Source: Somniosus microcephalus (taxonomy: Eukaryota). Taken from it: a stretch of DNA of 64,000 nt. The translations under genes and the position numbers were made by a program. Each line of letters starts with the position of its first letter. Positions within the stretch are counted from its first letter, which is position 1. The DNA is taken from NCBI GenBank assembly GCA_052327205.1, contig CM126232.1, positions 9,982,001 to 10,046,000 on the forward strand. The letters are read 5' to 3'. Shown here in pieces: positions 62,964 to 64,000 of the stretch. The notes below the pieces were generated by a model. That model saw nothing but the letters and a program-made list of their open reading frames with translations. It searched no databases and had not been told where the DNA came from.

Positions 62964-62984
62964 CAAGAGTCCAACAAGATGACC

Positions 62985-64000
62985 TGTCAGAACCTTTAAG
63001 GGGGGGAACTATCTTTTACAGCTCATGTATACTGCAGTACCAGCAGTGACCACACCTGTATATAGCACTGAGTAGTAATCTGTACAGATCAGTTCCCGTG
63101 TGAGCCACGTTGAGTAAACACCTGTTGTACCGTTCTCCTGCAGTCTGTGTCTTATTATACACAGACACAGCATTGGCGACAAGGCAAGTTCGAACCTACC
63201 TGCAACTCTGCATCATCTCCCGGGGATTCATTCCTGGAGATCAGTGGATTGGAGGTCAAGGCCAGAGACTCGGGCGTTGACCACGGGCAACCACCCAGTC
63301 ATCCAGCAGAGACTCGAGAATTGCGGGGGGAGGCTGTCGAGAGCCAGGATTGGCTTTCCAGTCGAGGTGGACCAGCGAAACGGGCTGGCAACAGATAGTA
63401 CACAGACCCTTCCCGGACAACGGCGGGCTAGAGCCCGACCGAGCGGCACAGCAAAGGGCCGAGCAGCGTCGACGGGGGAGAGAGAGAGAGGGCAGAGCAC
63501 ACATGGCGCAGCCGGTGTTCAGGGGCCGAGCAGCGTCGAAAAGAGGGAGAGAGAGACGCGCAGAAACCCGCAAGGCGCCGCCATTGCCACAAGGACCGCC
63601 GAGAGCGGCGTTGGCAGCAGCGCAGGAGAAGCGCGCGAAACCTACAGGGCGCCGCCATTGCCATGAGAACTGCCGGGAGCGGTGTTGGCAGCAGCGGGGG
63701 AGGAAGGAAAGAGCGGGAGATGCCATTTTAAGCCATTGGGAGATGCCATTTTAAACCACACCCAAAATGCCGAAGAGTGGCAGTATCACCGCGTTTGACA
63801 ATGAAGTCGAAGATTGGACTACATATGTCGAACGAATAGAGGTATACTGCCAGGCAAATGAGGTGTCAGATGACAAGAAAGCATCGGTATTGTTAAATTT
63901 AATGGGTGCAAAGACGTATGGGTTATTACGAAATCTAGTAACCCCAACGAAGGCAATGGAAAAGAGTTTTGAAGACATAGCAACGATACTACAGGAACAT
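62985..64000 (+). mobile_element. 5' end of a second Gypsy-type LTR retrotransposon (LTR ~62985-63172, PBS 63174, gag from 63767)
   Basis: TG...CA segment followed by TGGCGACAAGG. The ORF MPKSGSITAFDNEVEDWTTYVERIEVYCQANEV...VLLNLMGAKTYGLLRNLVTP...FEDIATILQEH runs off the window. Confidence 0.85.

Noticed and set aside
63147-63754. Overlapping Arg/Ala-rich ORFs
   Set aside because: This is the GC-rich leader between the PBS and gag ATG of the second LTR element, with no recognisable domain.

Overview
This is repeat-rich vertebrate genomic DNA, most likely from a cartilaginous fish; that is inferred from HE1/V-SINE, Deu-domain SINE, CR1, L2 and Penelope sequences typical of sharks. It is not microbial and has no CRISPR, rRNA or operon structure. 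The main host feature is largely missed by the ORF track: a spliced type II transmembrane C-type lectin gene (CD209/CLEC4/CLEC17A-like) on the minus strand. I rebuilt it by hand from 11 GT-AG exons between 51229 and 4102 (954 nt, 318 aa in frame): cytoplasmic tail, TM helix, coiled-coil neck and the first CTLD exon. The remaining CTLD exons must lie left of the window. A ~4.57 kb tandem triplication (about 32.7-47.3 kb) carries three intact copies of a phase-1 neck exon pair (75+72 nt = 49 aa = exactly 7 heptads), so the receptor stalk appears to be lengthened by exon-level copy number. One intron holds a ~22.4 kb 23-bp satellite with higher-order repeats; on the transcribed strand its unit is an AG-free CACUAAC branchpoint/QKI-type motif plus a pyrimidine tract. 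The rest is TEs: several PIF/Harbinger elements, CR1 and L2 fragments, SINEs, Penelope pLTRs with hammerhead-like motifs next to the lectin start codon, one complete but frameshifted Gypsy provirus and the start of a second. All TE family calls come from recognised motifs, not database searches.
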